Positions 20,211-30,532 of a stretch of 64,000 nt of DNA are shown here, one piece after another (the first letter of the stretch is position 1; each line of letters opens with the position of its first letter). The translations under genes and the position numbers were made by a program. The notes beneath the pieces were generated by a model. The model was given only the letters and a program-made list of their open reading frames with translations. It had not been told where the DNA came from and did not search any database. Source of the stretch: an uncultured delta proteobacterium (lineage in GTDB: Bacteria; Desulfobacterota; Syntrophorhabdia; Syntrophorhabdales; WCHB1-27); contig CAWEPK010000007.1 of NCBI GenBank assembly GCA_963810935.1, forward strand, positions 288,001-352,000. Reading direction: 5' to 3'.

Positions 20211-20377
20211 ATTTTAACCCTTCTCTCGAAGAGAACCAGGACGGCGCAAACGAGAAGCCCTATTGCGGATGATGCACCGGACCAGTCGATCTCCGGGTAG
20301 GTTAATTCCGCCGACGCTGTACCGGCGAAGGCTGCAAACATGAAGAGTCCTGCAAGGACACGTTTACACAATCTCAT
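20207..20377 (-). CDS. 56-aa VPEID-CTERM mini-protein (not in the ORF track)
   Basis: MRLCKRVLAGLFMFAAFAGTASAELTYPEIDWSGASSAIGLLVCAVLVLFERRVKI; RBS GAAGGGGG; directly upstream of xrtE. Confidence 0.85.
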   Translation of the reverse strand: MRLCKRVLAGLFMFAAFAGTASAELTYPEIDWSGASSAIGLLVCAVLVLFERRVKI

Positions 20378-20768
20378 TTGGTTCTTCCCCCTTCACGCTT
20401 CAAACCATACGCGAGCGATAACCTTGGGGACTCGCCGTGTTGTACGCTCTTTTGAAAGCATAGTGTACGCGCTTGTAATAACATTGTCAAATACTTTTTT
20501 TCAATGCAATCACTGTTTTGCGTTATAAATCGCAACTATCTGTAATCACAAGTATAACCTCCTCTCCTGGCATGCGCCGGACGAAGCATATGCCCTGGAA
20601 TAAAGAAAAATTCGCTATTGCCGATAAACTTTTGTGTTGACATCGGAGCCGATCCTATATAACACTATACAACAAGCAATCCAAGTGAACCGTAAGGCAT
20701 GCAGCGAAGGCACGTGCACCAGTTAGTCAGCGTTGGCTGCAGGAACGGATGGGAGAGGGGCGGATACT

Positions 20769-21467
20769 ATGAAGAAGGTCGGCTCGATAGGATTGGTTTT
20801 CGTATTTCTGTTGATTGCGTCCAACGCGTTCGCTGACAGTGTTACACTTACCGATCCCTTCGGTGCTGCTGTATCGTATCAGGACGGGGCCGGCACCACC
20901 CACTATGTCACTCCCTACACAGCCAGTATCGTGATGAACGGCGGGTCGCCGTTCACGGGATACGTTACTTGTCTCGATCAAGCGCTAGGGGGACCTTACA
21001 ATCAGCTAAATCCCGGTACGTGGTATGCGCCGGGCAGCTCGGGCAACTATGGCGGCACCTTTTCAGCGGGTGTGGTTACCGAGTTCAAAGAGGCGTCGTA
21101 CCTGCTGGATACGTACCTGGCCGGAGTAAATTTGACTCAGGCCCATGCCATCGCCAGCACCGTAGGAGACGTCCAGTTTGCGATATGGTATATAATGGCG
21201 GGCGGCTCGGTGTCAGGAGGCGTTGCGTCCGGCGCCACCGGAATCAACCTGACCCTGACGTCCGGCGCAATCAGCGATATCATACAGGCCCAAAACCATT
21301 ACACCGACATCGGCCTGTTGCTCAATCCCGTCTTCGTTCCAGCGGACGGCACTATCCAGAGTTTCATGCTGAACCCTTCATCTCCTGTCCCGCTTCCTCC
21401 AACGGTTCTCCTCCTTGTGCCCGGTCTGTTAGGCCTTGGCGTGATGAGGAAGAGGTACAAGCTCTAA
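20769..21467 (+). CDS. Secreted protein with VPLP-CTERM (PEP-CTERM-like) sorting signal
   Basis: Signal peptide ending AFA; C-terminus 'PVPLPPTVLLLVPGLLGLGVMRKRYKL'. Confidence 0.82.
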   Translation: MKKVGSIGLVFVFLLIASNAFADSVTLTDPFGAAVSYQDGAGTTHYVTPYTASIVMNGGSPFTGYVTCLDQALGGPYNQLNPGTWYAPGSSGNYGGTFSAGVVTEFKEASYLLDTYLAGVNLTQAHAIASTVGDVQFAIWYIMAGGSVSGGVASGATGINLTLTSGAISDIIQAQNHYTDIGLLLNPVFVPADGTIQSFMLNPSSPVPLPPTVLLLVPGLLGLGVMRKRYKL

Positions 21468-21496
21468 GGCACGAAACTACCCGATCCGTCATCGAC

Positions 21497-21527
21497 GCGG
21501 CCGCCCCTGATAAGGGCGGCCGTTTTT
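21497..21527 (+). terminator. Intrinsic terminator
   Basis: GCGGCCGCCC..GGGCGGCCGTTTTT. Confidence 0.8.
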
Positions 21528-21809
21528 GTGTGCGCCCGGCAGGGCGCACTGACTTGGAGGTGAAAGTCCTCCCTGACGGCCGTGCGTTTCTCTTCTTCCG
21601 TCATTCCGGGCTTGGACCCGGAATCCATTTTTTTTAAGCCCTTGCGAAGACCCTGGATGCCGGCTTCCGCCGGCGTGACGGAGGGAAAGGAACCGGCGAA
21701 CCTCAAGCGGGACGCTCTACACATGTGGGTGATAAGCAGAGCGCAAAAAAAGCCGGGCGGGCGGAAGTCCTTTCCGCTCACCCGGCCTGCCTTGCTTAGC
21801 GCCCTGCCG

Positions 21810-22190
21810 TTATTTTTTCTCTGTGCCCGTGATAGGCAGCACGGTCGCGCTGTCTGCATCGAGCATATGGGCGCGGCCCTCGAAGATGCCACCCTCGGGC
21901 AGAGAGAGCTTGGGCGTCGAGAGGTCGCCCTGGACGTGGCCTTTCGTCGTGATCGAGACCGCCTCGCTGCAGGTGACGGAGCCCTCCAGCTTGCCGCCTA
22001 TCGTTGCGCTCCGCGAGACGATGTCGCCCTTTATGATGCCCGATTCGCCGATAATCACCGAATCCGCCTGCATGTTCCCCTCGAAAGAACCGTCAATCCT
22101 GACTGTCCCCTTGGAAACCAGCTCGCCGTGCAGACTTGAATCGGCCCCTATCACAGTCATATACTGCTGCTCTTTCTTACCGCCCATCAT
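21810..22190 (-). CDS. Bactofilin (polymer-forming cytoskeletal protein)
   Basis: 'TVIG...GEL...GTVRIDG.FEG', 'GGIFEG'. Confidence 0.9.
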   Translation of the reverse strand: MMGGKKEQQYMTVIGADSSLHGELVSKGTVRIDGSFEGNMQADSVIIGESGIIKGDIVSRSATIGGKLEGSVTCSEAVSITTKGHVQGDLSTPKLSLPEGGIFEGRAHMLDADSATVLPITGTEKK

Positions 22191-23023
22191 GACTTACCCC
22201 CTAAGAATGGGATCGGGTCCATTGGGACCCTGTGCCGCCACACCTCGTAATGTACGTGTGGACCGGTAGTGTTTCCTGTGTTGCCCGAGAGGGCTATGAC
22301 GTCGCCGCGCTTAACCCTCTGTCCGACTTTCACAAGTAGCCTGCTGTTATGTGCATAAGCCGTGCTGAAATCGTGCCCGTGCTCTATAAAGACGATATTG
22401 CCGTTGCCGCCGACCCAGCCCGAGACGCCTATGACGCCGTCGGCTGTGGCCCTCACAGGGGTGCCCACGGACACCCTGATGTCTATGCCCGAATGGAAAG
22501 CCGGCTCGCCTGTTTTGGGGCTGAGCCTCTTCCCGAAGACAGAGCTTAAGACGCCCGGCACGGGCCATCCTTCCGGGGTGGCGTAATAGGCGTCCCGTTC
22601 TTCCCTGAGATACTGCTTTATCTCCGCGACGGAGGACATTGACTCGTCGATCTCCTTCTTCAGCAGGTCCACGTCCGGATAGCCTGTTTCCCTATGGCCG
22701 GCCGTCTTGAGTATATCCTTCTTCGACTTCATGGCAAGGAGCTCTCTGAACTCTTTGTCATGCGTCTGGAGGCTGGAAAGGCTTGACCGCATCTCAAGGA
22801 ACTTGTCGGAGAAATAGGCGAGCCGCCTGCTCATCTCAAGGTATTGGGCCGTGCGGACCCCGACCGAGACGGCATAAGCGGTACCGAAGCCCCACCCGAC
22901 GATGAGAAGCACGATCACTGCGAAAGGGATCTTGAGCTGCCGCGGCCTCGTCCTGGAGTGCGGCACAGCCATTATCGTAATCGCCGTAAAAGCCTTCTTG
23001 AAGAAGTTCCTTACTTTCTGCAT
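22187..23023 (-). CDS. M23 family metallopeptidase
   Basis: 'HSGID', 'YAHN', 'TGPHVHYEV'; N-terminal TM and coiled coil. Confidence 0.93.
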   Translation of the reverse strand: MQKVRNFFKKAFTAITIMAVPHSRTRPRQLKIPFAVIVLLIVGWGFGTAYAVSVGVRTAQYLEMSRRLAYFSDKFLEMRSSLSSLQTHDKEFRELLAMKSKKDILKTAGHRETGYPDVDLLKKEIDESMSSVAEIKQYLREERDAYYATPEGWPVPGVLSSVFGKRLSPKTGEPAFHSGIDIRVSVGTPVRATADGVIGVSGWVGGNGNIVFIEHGHDFSTAYAHNSRLLVKVGQRVKRGDVIALSGNTGNTTGPHVHYEVWRHRVPMDPIPFLGGKS

Positions 23024-23491
23024 TCGTTCTTTTCTTCAACCCAAAAACATGTCAATCGTACGGCCGCTCTAGTGCCTTCCGGCTACGCATAGGGGGGTCC
23101 GACGCGCACGAGGCGCTTTATCCCTGCCTCTGGATAGTCCGAGGCTTCCCAACACTGCTGGACCCGAACGACCCCAGTTGGGCTTACTAATAACAGACTT
23201 GCCGGATGTGATATATATTTAGACAGGGCCGCCTATATTGTCAAGCAAAAAGTACCTGCCCCTCGATCTATTTTTCTCCCGATTCTGTAAGGTTCCGATA
23301 TAACAAGTAAAAGCAAATCCGCGTCCGGCAAGGGGATGCTTCGCGTTGAAGCGAACGAAAGGCAGGACATGGACCGTCCCCGGCCCATGAAGCCGTCACC
23401 ATGTGATACGCCCTTGATGGCCGGACGGAAAAGCAAGCGAATGCGAGCGGCGAGATGGGTGCTGAACCCCGATAATTGCCGCTGAGCCCCA

Positions 23492-23600
23492 GCGGCAATA
23501 AAGCAAGCGTAGCGCCGCGCCGAGCGGGGAGGCCGGGGCACCCGCCCGACGTAAGGAGGGAAGGGTCGCAGCTTTGCCGGTGGAGGGGGTGCTGAGCCCC
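23492..23600 (-). repeat. Dispersed repeat (related copy at 50339-50428; shares a module with 61670-61705)
   Basis: Shared 'CGCTCGGCGCGGCGCTACGCTTGCTTTA' and 'GGGG.TCAGCACCCCCTC'. Confidence 0.75.
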
Positions 23601-23601
23601 A

Positions 23602-24360
23602 TTATGGTGCGGCCAGGCGGAAGCCGACGCCTTCATCCCGCCCGTTCGGGTCGTTGCCGCTGCGCTCCATGACGCGGACATGCTTTGCCTCGTTGGCGAA
23701 GGAGCCTCCACGCAGCACCCTGGACCTGCCGTCCGGCGGCCCCTGCGGGTTGTCTTTCGTGGTCTTTTCGTACCATAGGTGATCGTAGCGGTCCTGGAGC
23801 ATTTCCCATACGTTTCCGCTCATGTCGTAGATGCCGAGGCCGTTCGGCTTTTTGGCGCCTACGTCGTGCGTCGTCTTAATCTTGCCGCTGTTCAGGGCAT
23901 ACCAGGCATAATCCCCGACCTTCGTGCTGTCGGAGGTGCCCGACCACTTTTCCTTTTTGCCTCCGCTGCGCGCCGCGTATTCCCATTCCGCCTCGGTGGG
24001 TAGGCGGTAGGACTTGCCAGTCGCCTGGTTGAGCATCCGTATGAACAAGTGGGCCTCGTCCCAGCTCACCATGGCTACGGGGCGGCGGTCGCCCGTGAGC
24101 TTGCCGGGGGCGCTCCCCATCACCGCCTTCCACTCGGCCAGGGTCACCTCGTACTTGCCTATCCGGAAATCACCGACGCAGACCTCGTGGACGGGCGACT
24201 CGTCGGCAAACCCGTCGTCGAAGACGTCGCCCATCTGGAAGCACCCGCCCTTCACGGAGACCATTTCGATCTCCGGCGCCTGCGCGAAGCAGACTGGGGC
24301 GAAGCAAAGCATGGCGAGCGCGGCTGGGATCAACATTACTGCGGTACGCATCTTCTTCAT
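23602..24360 (-). CDS. FGE-sulfatase (SUMF1) domain secreted protein
   Basis: 'FQMG', 'YEVT', 'RLPTEAEWEYAAR', 'GIYDMSGNVWE', 'RGGS', 'GFR'. Confidence 0.9.
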   Translation of the reverse strand: MKKMRTAVMLIPAALAMLCFAPVCFAQAPEIEMVSVKGGCFQMGDVFDDGFADESPVHEVCVGDFRIGKYEVTLAEWKAVMGSAPGKLTGDRRPVAMVSWDEAHLFIRMLNQATGKSYRLPTEAEWEYAARSGGKKEKWSGTSDSTKVGDYAWYALNSGKIKTTHDVGAKKPNGLGIYDMSGNVWEMLQDRYDHLWYEKTTKDNPQGPPDGRSRVLRGGSFANEAKHVRVMERSGNDPNGRDEGVGFRLAAP

Positions 24361-24528
24361 GTTTTCCTCCGGGCCGCGCGTTCTCCAATCCGGGCCGTGC
24401 CCCACACCCGGTACAGATCGCCCATCCCGCCTTCAGGATCGCGCATCTCACTATTGATTACCATTTCACCGCCCAACCGATCAAGCCATTTCTTGCCGGA
24501 TGCGGGAAAAAGACATGCTATGCGCTGC

Positions 24529-24615
24529 CAGGAAGGAGGGGAGGGGCAGTTAGCAAGGCCAGGCAAGGCGGATTATTGAAGATTACGGCCTGACGGGGGA
24601 TATGGGGTTACACCT
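24529..24615 (+). repeat. ~85-bp direct repeat (second copy 31934-32010)
   Basis: Shared CAGGAAGGAGGGGAGGGGCA...GCAAGGCGGATTATTGAAGATTA...CACCT. Confidence 0.8.
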
Positions 24616-24866
24616 GCTACCGGAGCGCACCAGCGACACTTTAAAAACTGAGGTTTACCAGTCGAAAGACGGGCTATTCCACCGCGTCATTGGGCCACCA
24701 CATACGAAACGACCGACCTACAATTTTTGTTACCTTGACTATCCCCCCTCTGGATGTCTGCAATTCTCCCACTATCCATCACGGCTGCAGTATTTTCACT
24801 AAGTGATCCTGTTAATGTCCACTTGATACATGGTGCGATTCAATGTCGTCTGGAAGACAGAGACAG

Positions 24867-25438
24867 CTAAAATGGCTTGATCGGTTGGGCACGGGATTCA
24901 TCAGGCTTGCCTATTTTCATCACGTCAACGGCCCGATACTCCTCCTGGTAACGGGGCCTCAAAAGCCTCCCAGAAGAAGCCCCCTTCATCTGACGCGTCG
25001 AACTCAATACACAGGCCCTTGTGTGAATCCGAATAGTGCGCCCACATAAGGACATCGTCTCGCTTTTCGGAGAGGCAATAGATTCCCGTCTTCGCAACAA
25101 AACCCTCATACGCTCGCCTCAGTAAGTCCTGGTTTGTAAAGGCCGCGTTCTTACCGCGCATGCGTTTTTTTGATCTCCCCCTTGCCTGCTTTAGGAAAAT
25201 GTTTTTTTGTCAACTGTTTCAGGAATTCCGCGCGAGAAAGAGAAGAACCTTCAAGGGTGAGACAATGCCTGCATTCAAATGGGTCGTTAAAGGCTGCTGC
25301 GCTACTCAAGAATATGCTTCTCGCGATGAAAATGTCTCGTAGACCTGGGGATTTCATAGAGCGATACTTATATAGGAACGGCACCGCGTATGGCCGAATG
25401 GCCTTTGTTAACTTCACGACTTCTTGCATTCTCTTCAT
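24867..25438 (-). pseudogene. DUF2971-like protein, frameshifted twice and apparently truncated at the C-terminus
   Basis: 'LYKYR', 'FNDPFEC', 'CLSE...LMWAHYSDSHKGLCIEFD' spread over separate ORF pieces. Confidence 0.7.
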
Positions 25439-25481
25439 ATTCTTTTCGGCACCCCATCTTTTAAAACCAGATACAGATGCG

Positions 25482-26436
25482 CTAAGTCACACCGTTACCT
25501 GACAGATCGAGTAGATAGCAGTATTTTTCTATATTTGGCACTTCGATCACAAAATGCTCTAGAACTTGTATTGGGCTTGGGGGCAGCCAGATGAATCTGT
25601 ACTCCCTTTGGTAGGCATAGCGAAAGTGCTTTGATGCGAAGACATCAACGTCCTTAATCGGATAGTTCACGGGATCGATGTAACTAATGTCCATGCCAAC
25701 TCCAAACCAGCCTTTCATCTTGTTCTCGACCGCCGACAGCACTGATTCAACGAATTCCTTAGGGTTTCCAATGATAAGGCATGCGTTTGCATCGAAATCA
25801 AGGAACAAGCGAGGGGCAAACGATAGAGATAGGCAGTACACATAGTAATTAGTGGCGGACCTTGTGGTATAAACAAAATAGTCAGGTGAGAAGCCCCCCT
25901 TGCATTGGCCTGTTTTACCGTCGTACGCCTTCATCTTCAGCCGCCTGGGCGTCGGCGTAATCACCAACTCTAGTTCCTCATCCCTTATCGCTGGGTTAAG
26001 CGACGGATCGTTATATGATGAAGCAGGTGATATCCTGATCTGCTTTTCATCCATAGCCTGCTTCAAGTATTGAAGCTTTCCATACTTAAAGAGGCAACCT
26101 CCTAGGGGCAGGCCTATGACTCTTATCGCGTTAGCAGACTCTTTTTGCGAGAGTAGACGCTGTATCCGGGATTCTCATATTCTTCATGAAGCCATTTTCA
26201 AACCCGGAAGGAAATGGCCCGAACCTAATGACGAATTCTTCCAGGACATGTGTCCATAGGATCATCCATTTTTCTCCCTCCCTTGGTACCGGAAGACTAA
26301 TCTTCGGCTCGTGGTTCAGTTGGATGAGGTTGTTGAAAACGTCTCGTGCTCTTTGTTGGAGTTCCTCCTCTTTGAGATGCTGCATGTATCGGCCCGATAA
26401 ACGGTACTGTTGGCGCCAAAGTTCGTGTCTTCTCAA
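25482..26436 (-). CDS. Hypothetical protein (two ORFs joined by a probable frameshift near 26140); C-terminal 'KHFRYAYQREYRF'
   Basis: The downstream frame is open upstream (LFKYGKLQYLKQAM) and overlaps the end of the first ORF. Confidence 0.6.
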
Positions 26437-26496
26437 ACGTTAGGCCTCCTTTACAGATAAACCCGAAGATAATTCGGGTATTTCCTTTTGCAGAGC

Positions 26497-27210
26497 CTAT
26501 CTCATACAGGCCTCAACGAACAAAACGCCGAGTGCCGTCATTACTACGGTATCGATTCCTTTGTAGACCGTTACTGATTCGGTTCTCTGCCCGAACATCA
26601 AGGACATACCCCCCCTAAAGATCATCGGAGCAATCAATTGCATACGCATAAGGTTATTGGCCGAAACTGCGTAGGCGTCATCTGACATAGATAGTTTTTG
26701 CATTAATTCTTCCTTGTCCCAAGCATACTGGCGAAGGCCATCCAAGGGTCTTGCCACCCCCTGTCCCTCTAAATCGCTATAGAGTGAATTTAGCAGCCGA
26801 GCTTCCCTCCCAGTTATGGCTTTTATCATATCTATGAATCCGTAGCGAATTTCGCTATTGAAGTCAGGATTCAGCGCATTCGCTAGGAGTTGGTTCCAAA
26901 GCCTTTGAATGTCTGGTTCCTCTTCAAGTGATGCCTCCTCGAAAATAGGAAGAGCCAATTTGGGTGGCACTGAGCGGGGGACGGCAACCCCTTTTTCGCT
27001 GAGTATCCGCCCGACTTCTTCCGTCATATCCATAAGGCGCTTCCACCTTACAAAACGCAATTTATCTGTGATCATCCCCGCGATTTCATGGGCGGGTATC
27101 CTAAGCACTTTTTCAAAAAAACCGGCCATTCTTTCGATGCCTACCACCACGCTCTGACCAAACCTCGCCGATTCCTGAATGGCTTTTGCGATTTCCTCAG
27201 TCTCGGACAT
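26497..27210 (-). CDS. Abi-alpha (DUF4393) family protein
   Basis: 'VPPKLALPIFEEASLEEEPDIQRLWNQLLANA', 'FIDMIKAIT..EA.LL'. Confidence 0.75.
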   Translation of the reverse strand: MSETEEIAKAIQESARFGQSVVVGIERMAGFFEKVLRIPAHEIAGMITDKLRFVRWKRLMDMTEEVGRILSEKGVAVPRSVPPKLALPIFEEASLEEEPDIQRLWNQLLANALNPDFNSEIRYGFIDMIKAITGREARLLNSLYSDLEGQGVARPLDGLRQYAWDKEELMQKLSMSDDAYAVSANNLMRMQLIAPMIFRGGMSLMFGQRTESVTVYKGIDTVVMTALGVLFVEACMR

Positions 27211-27604
27211 TTGTAACTCCTTCGGTTTGTGCAGGAAATGCTCCTGTTCCGGCCTCTTTTCTCATTTGTGATAGTTTTAGGTTACCGATTGTAACACTAG
27301 GAATAGGCTCGGTCGAGCAAAATCTAGCGCTTCCAGGAAGGAGACCGCGCCCCCAAAAAGACGACGGTCGGTGAATTGCGTTCTGACCCGTTGACCGCAG
27401 TCATCAGGGATTTCTCCGGACATAGGTAGCAATTTTAATCCCGCCTTTCAACCATCCAGGCGCAAATGTCCGCAAATGCGGCCGTATGGCGTCTGTGTCA
27501 CGGTAACGTCGCGTAATTACGTGGTTTACGTTGTCCGCCGTTTTTCCCCGTATTAAGAAAAGGGCATGCCGTGGGGTAAACCCATATCACTGAGGAGGTG
27601 TCTG

Positions 27605-29721
27605 GTGTTTCAGAGGGGTAAATCAGGTGTAATCTGTTTTCTGCTTTTTCTTTGCCTGGCGACGCTTGCCGGCTGTGGAGGCGGCGGCTCGGGCTCTTCG
27701 ATTCCATCCCCCTCTCCGTCGCCTCCCGTGCCGCCCCCTATGCCCGTTTACGCCCGCTTTGCCTACGCGGTCAATGCCGGCGACAATACACTCTCCGTGT
27801 TCGTCGTCGATTCATCATCGGGCAGGCTGCGCCAGAACGGCTATGTGAGCACCGGGGCGGGGCCCAGGTCGGTAACCGTCACGCCTTCCGGCCAATTTGT
27901 CTATGTGGGGAACTTTACCGACAACTCGATTTCCAGCTTCAGCGCAGACCCGACCACCGGTCGCCTCACGTCCACCAGCTCGACTGCGAGCACGGGAGGC
28001 GGTCCGATATCAATCGCTGTAGACCCTTTCGGCCGGTTTGTTTACACGGCAAACTACGGCGACGATAATATCTCCGCCTTCAGGATCGACCAGTCCACAG
28101 GCTCGCTCGCCTCGGCCGGGACTACTGCCACCGGATCCTCGTCCGCCGTGGGGATCGTAGTCGATCCGGCGGGCAGGTGGCTCTATTTTGCGGAGTCAGC
28201 GAACAGGATATCGGTCTACGCCATCGACCAATCGTCAGGCAGCGTCAGCAAAACGAGCACGACGGCAACGACTTCAGCCCCCGTGAGTCTCGACGTAAGC
28301 GCTAACGGGAGCTTCGTCTACGTGATAGACAGCAGCGATAAAATCTCGTCATATGCCGTGGACCAGACGAGCGGCGCCTTAACACAGGTAGGGTCGTCCG
28401 TGACGACGGGAAATGGCGCGTCAGACGTTTCCGCAGACATGGCCGGGCATTTCGTCTTCGTAACGAACCAGGGGGACAATACGATCTCCATCTACCAGGT
28501 GGACCAGTCGACGGGCGCGCTCAGCTCAACAGGCACGGTAACAGCAACGGGGGGCGGGCCCGTATACATAACGATAGACCCGTCCGGCCAGTTCCTTTAC
28601 ACGGCGAACAGCACGGGGAACACGATCTCCGTCTTCTCCCTTAACCAGTCTTCCGGGGCGGTTGCTTCGACTGCGACGACTGCCGCCCGCTCGACCGTCT
28701 CCCAAATCGCCATTTCCTACGGCCCGACCGCCGTCGGCTACTCGTCTAAATTCGCCTACGCGACGAACATGTCCGACAACACCGTCTCCGCCTTTACCAT
28801 AGACCCGTCATCGGGGGCGCTGAGTGCGGCCGGCACGCCTGCATCTACGGGCAGCTCGCCTGAGGGAGTAGCTGTAGACCCCTTCGGGCGGTTCGCTTAT
28901 GTCGCGGCTTTTTCGTCCAATAACGTGACGGCCTACACGATCGACCCGTCGTCCGGCAGCCTCACTTCCGCCGGGTCCGTAGGAGGGGGAGGGGGGCCAA
29001 TGGCCGTGGCCGTGGACCCGTCCGGCAGGTTCGTCTATGCGACGAACTGGACGGGCGCCACGATCCAGGTCTATAGCATCGACCAGACGTCCGGCAGCCT
29101 CACTGCGGTCGGGACGCCTCTATCGACGGGGGCGCAGCCCGGCGGCATCGCGATAGACCCGGCAGGCCAATTCCTCTATGTGGCCAATTGCGGCTCGGCA
29201 TTCGTCTCGGCGTTCTCCATCAACAGGTCAACGGGCGCGCTTACCACTTTTGCGAGCATAACGGTTGGGAGGGGCTCCCGGGCTATTGCCTTCGAACCGT
29301 CCGGCCGGTTCCTCTATGTGGCGAACACTACCGACGGCAGCGTCTCGACCATTACGATTAACCGCTCCACGGGCTACTCGACAAGCGTCGTGACCTTATC
29401 CTATACGGGGGTTTTCGGTCTCACCACCGAACCCAGCGGGCGGTTCGTCTATGCCGTCAGCCAGTCGGCCAAGCTGGTCACGGCCTTCCTCATCAACCAG
29501 TCATCGGGGTCACTCAGCGTGATCGCCACGGCCCCCGCAGGCAACCAGCCCATGAACGCGGCGACCGACGCCACCGGCCAGTTCCTCTATGTGGCAAATG
29601 CCGGCGATAACAGTGTAGCCGCTTATACGATCGACCCGTCTTCGGGGGTGGTTAACCAGTCAGGGACGGCCACGGCGGCAGTTATCCGGCGTTCCTTGCG
29701 ACATCGACCAACATTCAGTAG
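27605..29721 (+). CDS. Lipoprotein with tandem lactonase-like beta-propellers (frameshift near the C-terminus, about 29680)
   Basis: Lipobox LAGC; about 14 repeats of 'VDPSGRFVYxxN...SAFTIDxSSGAL'. Confidence 0.82.
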
Positions 29722-30061
29722 CAGGTAAAACAGCCATCGGCTATAAGGCCGGACCCGAAGGAAGCAGGTCCGGCCTTATGCTATTCACAAAGGATTTACC
29801 GGGCTGTCCAAGTCCGGCATGACGAAGGGCAGTAATACCCCTCTGCTTGCTGCGGGGTAGTTTATTTCCAGCGGGGCGCTTGCCATTCTTTGCTTCCGAT
29901 TGGCAAAGGGAGTCAATCTGTTTTGGAATCTACATCGGGGAAGGGCTATAGAACTGGAACTGTGACAAGTCGACCCACGGGCACTACACTACGGCAAACA
30001 ATGTTCCGGCATGTCTCTTGCTGTAATTTTGGTTGTTGACAATATATATCGGGTCATAACG

Positions 30062-30532
30062 ATGAGAAACGCAATCCACTTCTTGCTTATCTTTGTCGTT
30101 TTGTGCGCGTCAGCCCTTGTTTTGCCTAAGCCGGGCGGCGCTGCGTTAGGCCGCTCCGCCGACTCCGTAGAGGCCGACAGGACCGCGCTTTCCGGTGTCG
30201 GGGGCGCCGTCACTGTCGGAAACGGTTACAGTGTTCACCAGATCAACTACGGTGGAACAGCCGTGCGGGAATATGTTTCCTCGGACGGCACGGTATTCGC
30301 CGTTGCCTGGAACGGAACCAGACATCCCGACCTCTCGGTTCTCCTGGGAAGCTACGCGGGGAGCTACGAGCAAGTGCTGCGGGGAACGATCCACCAGCCC
30401 GGGGTGAGGCATCTCTCGCTCAAAGCGGACGGTGTTGTTGTTCAAAAATGGGGCCATGTACGAAACTTGCGTGGACGCGCATACGTCCCGGCCCTGATTC
30501 CTGAGGGTGTATCGACAGATGAGATCAGGTAA
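30062..30532 (+). CDS. DUF2844 family secreted protein
   Basis: 'VREYV..DGTVFAVAWNG..PDL..LLG.Y', 'GRAYVPALIP.GV'. Confidence 0.82.
   Translation: MRNAIHFLLIFVVLCASALVLPKPGGAALGRSADSVEADRTALSGVGGAVTVGNGYSVHQINYGGTAVREYVSSDGTVFAVAWNGTRHPDLSVLLGSYAGSYEQVLRGTIHQPGVRHLSLKADGVVVQKWGHVRNLRGRAYVPALIPEGVSTDEIR

Noticed and set aside
20675..20750. Possible c-di-GMP-II riboswitch before the VPLP-CTERM gene
   Set aside because: Only fragments (TGAA, GGCAC) resemble the consensus and I could not build the stems or pseudoknot.
24600..27300. Possible second cassette array in the Abi-alpha islet
   Set aside because: No attC-like RYYYAAC...GTTRRRY hairpins between the genes.
27700..29700. DNA-level periodicity in the beta-propeller gene (likewise in the MORN gene at 49550-49950)
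   Set aside because: Fully explained by protein repeats; no DGR or array signature.
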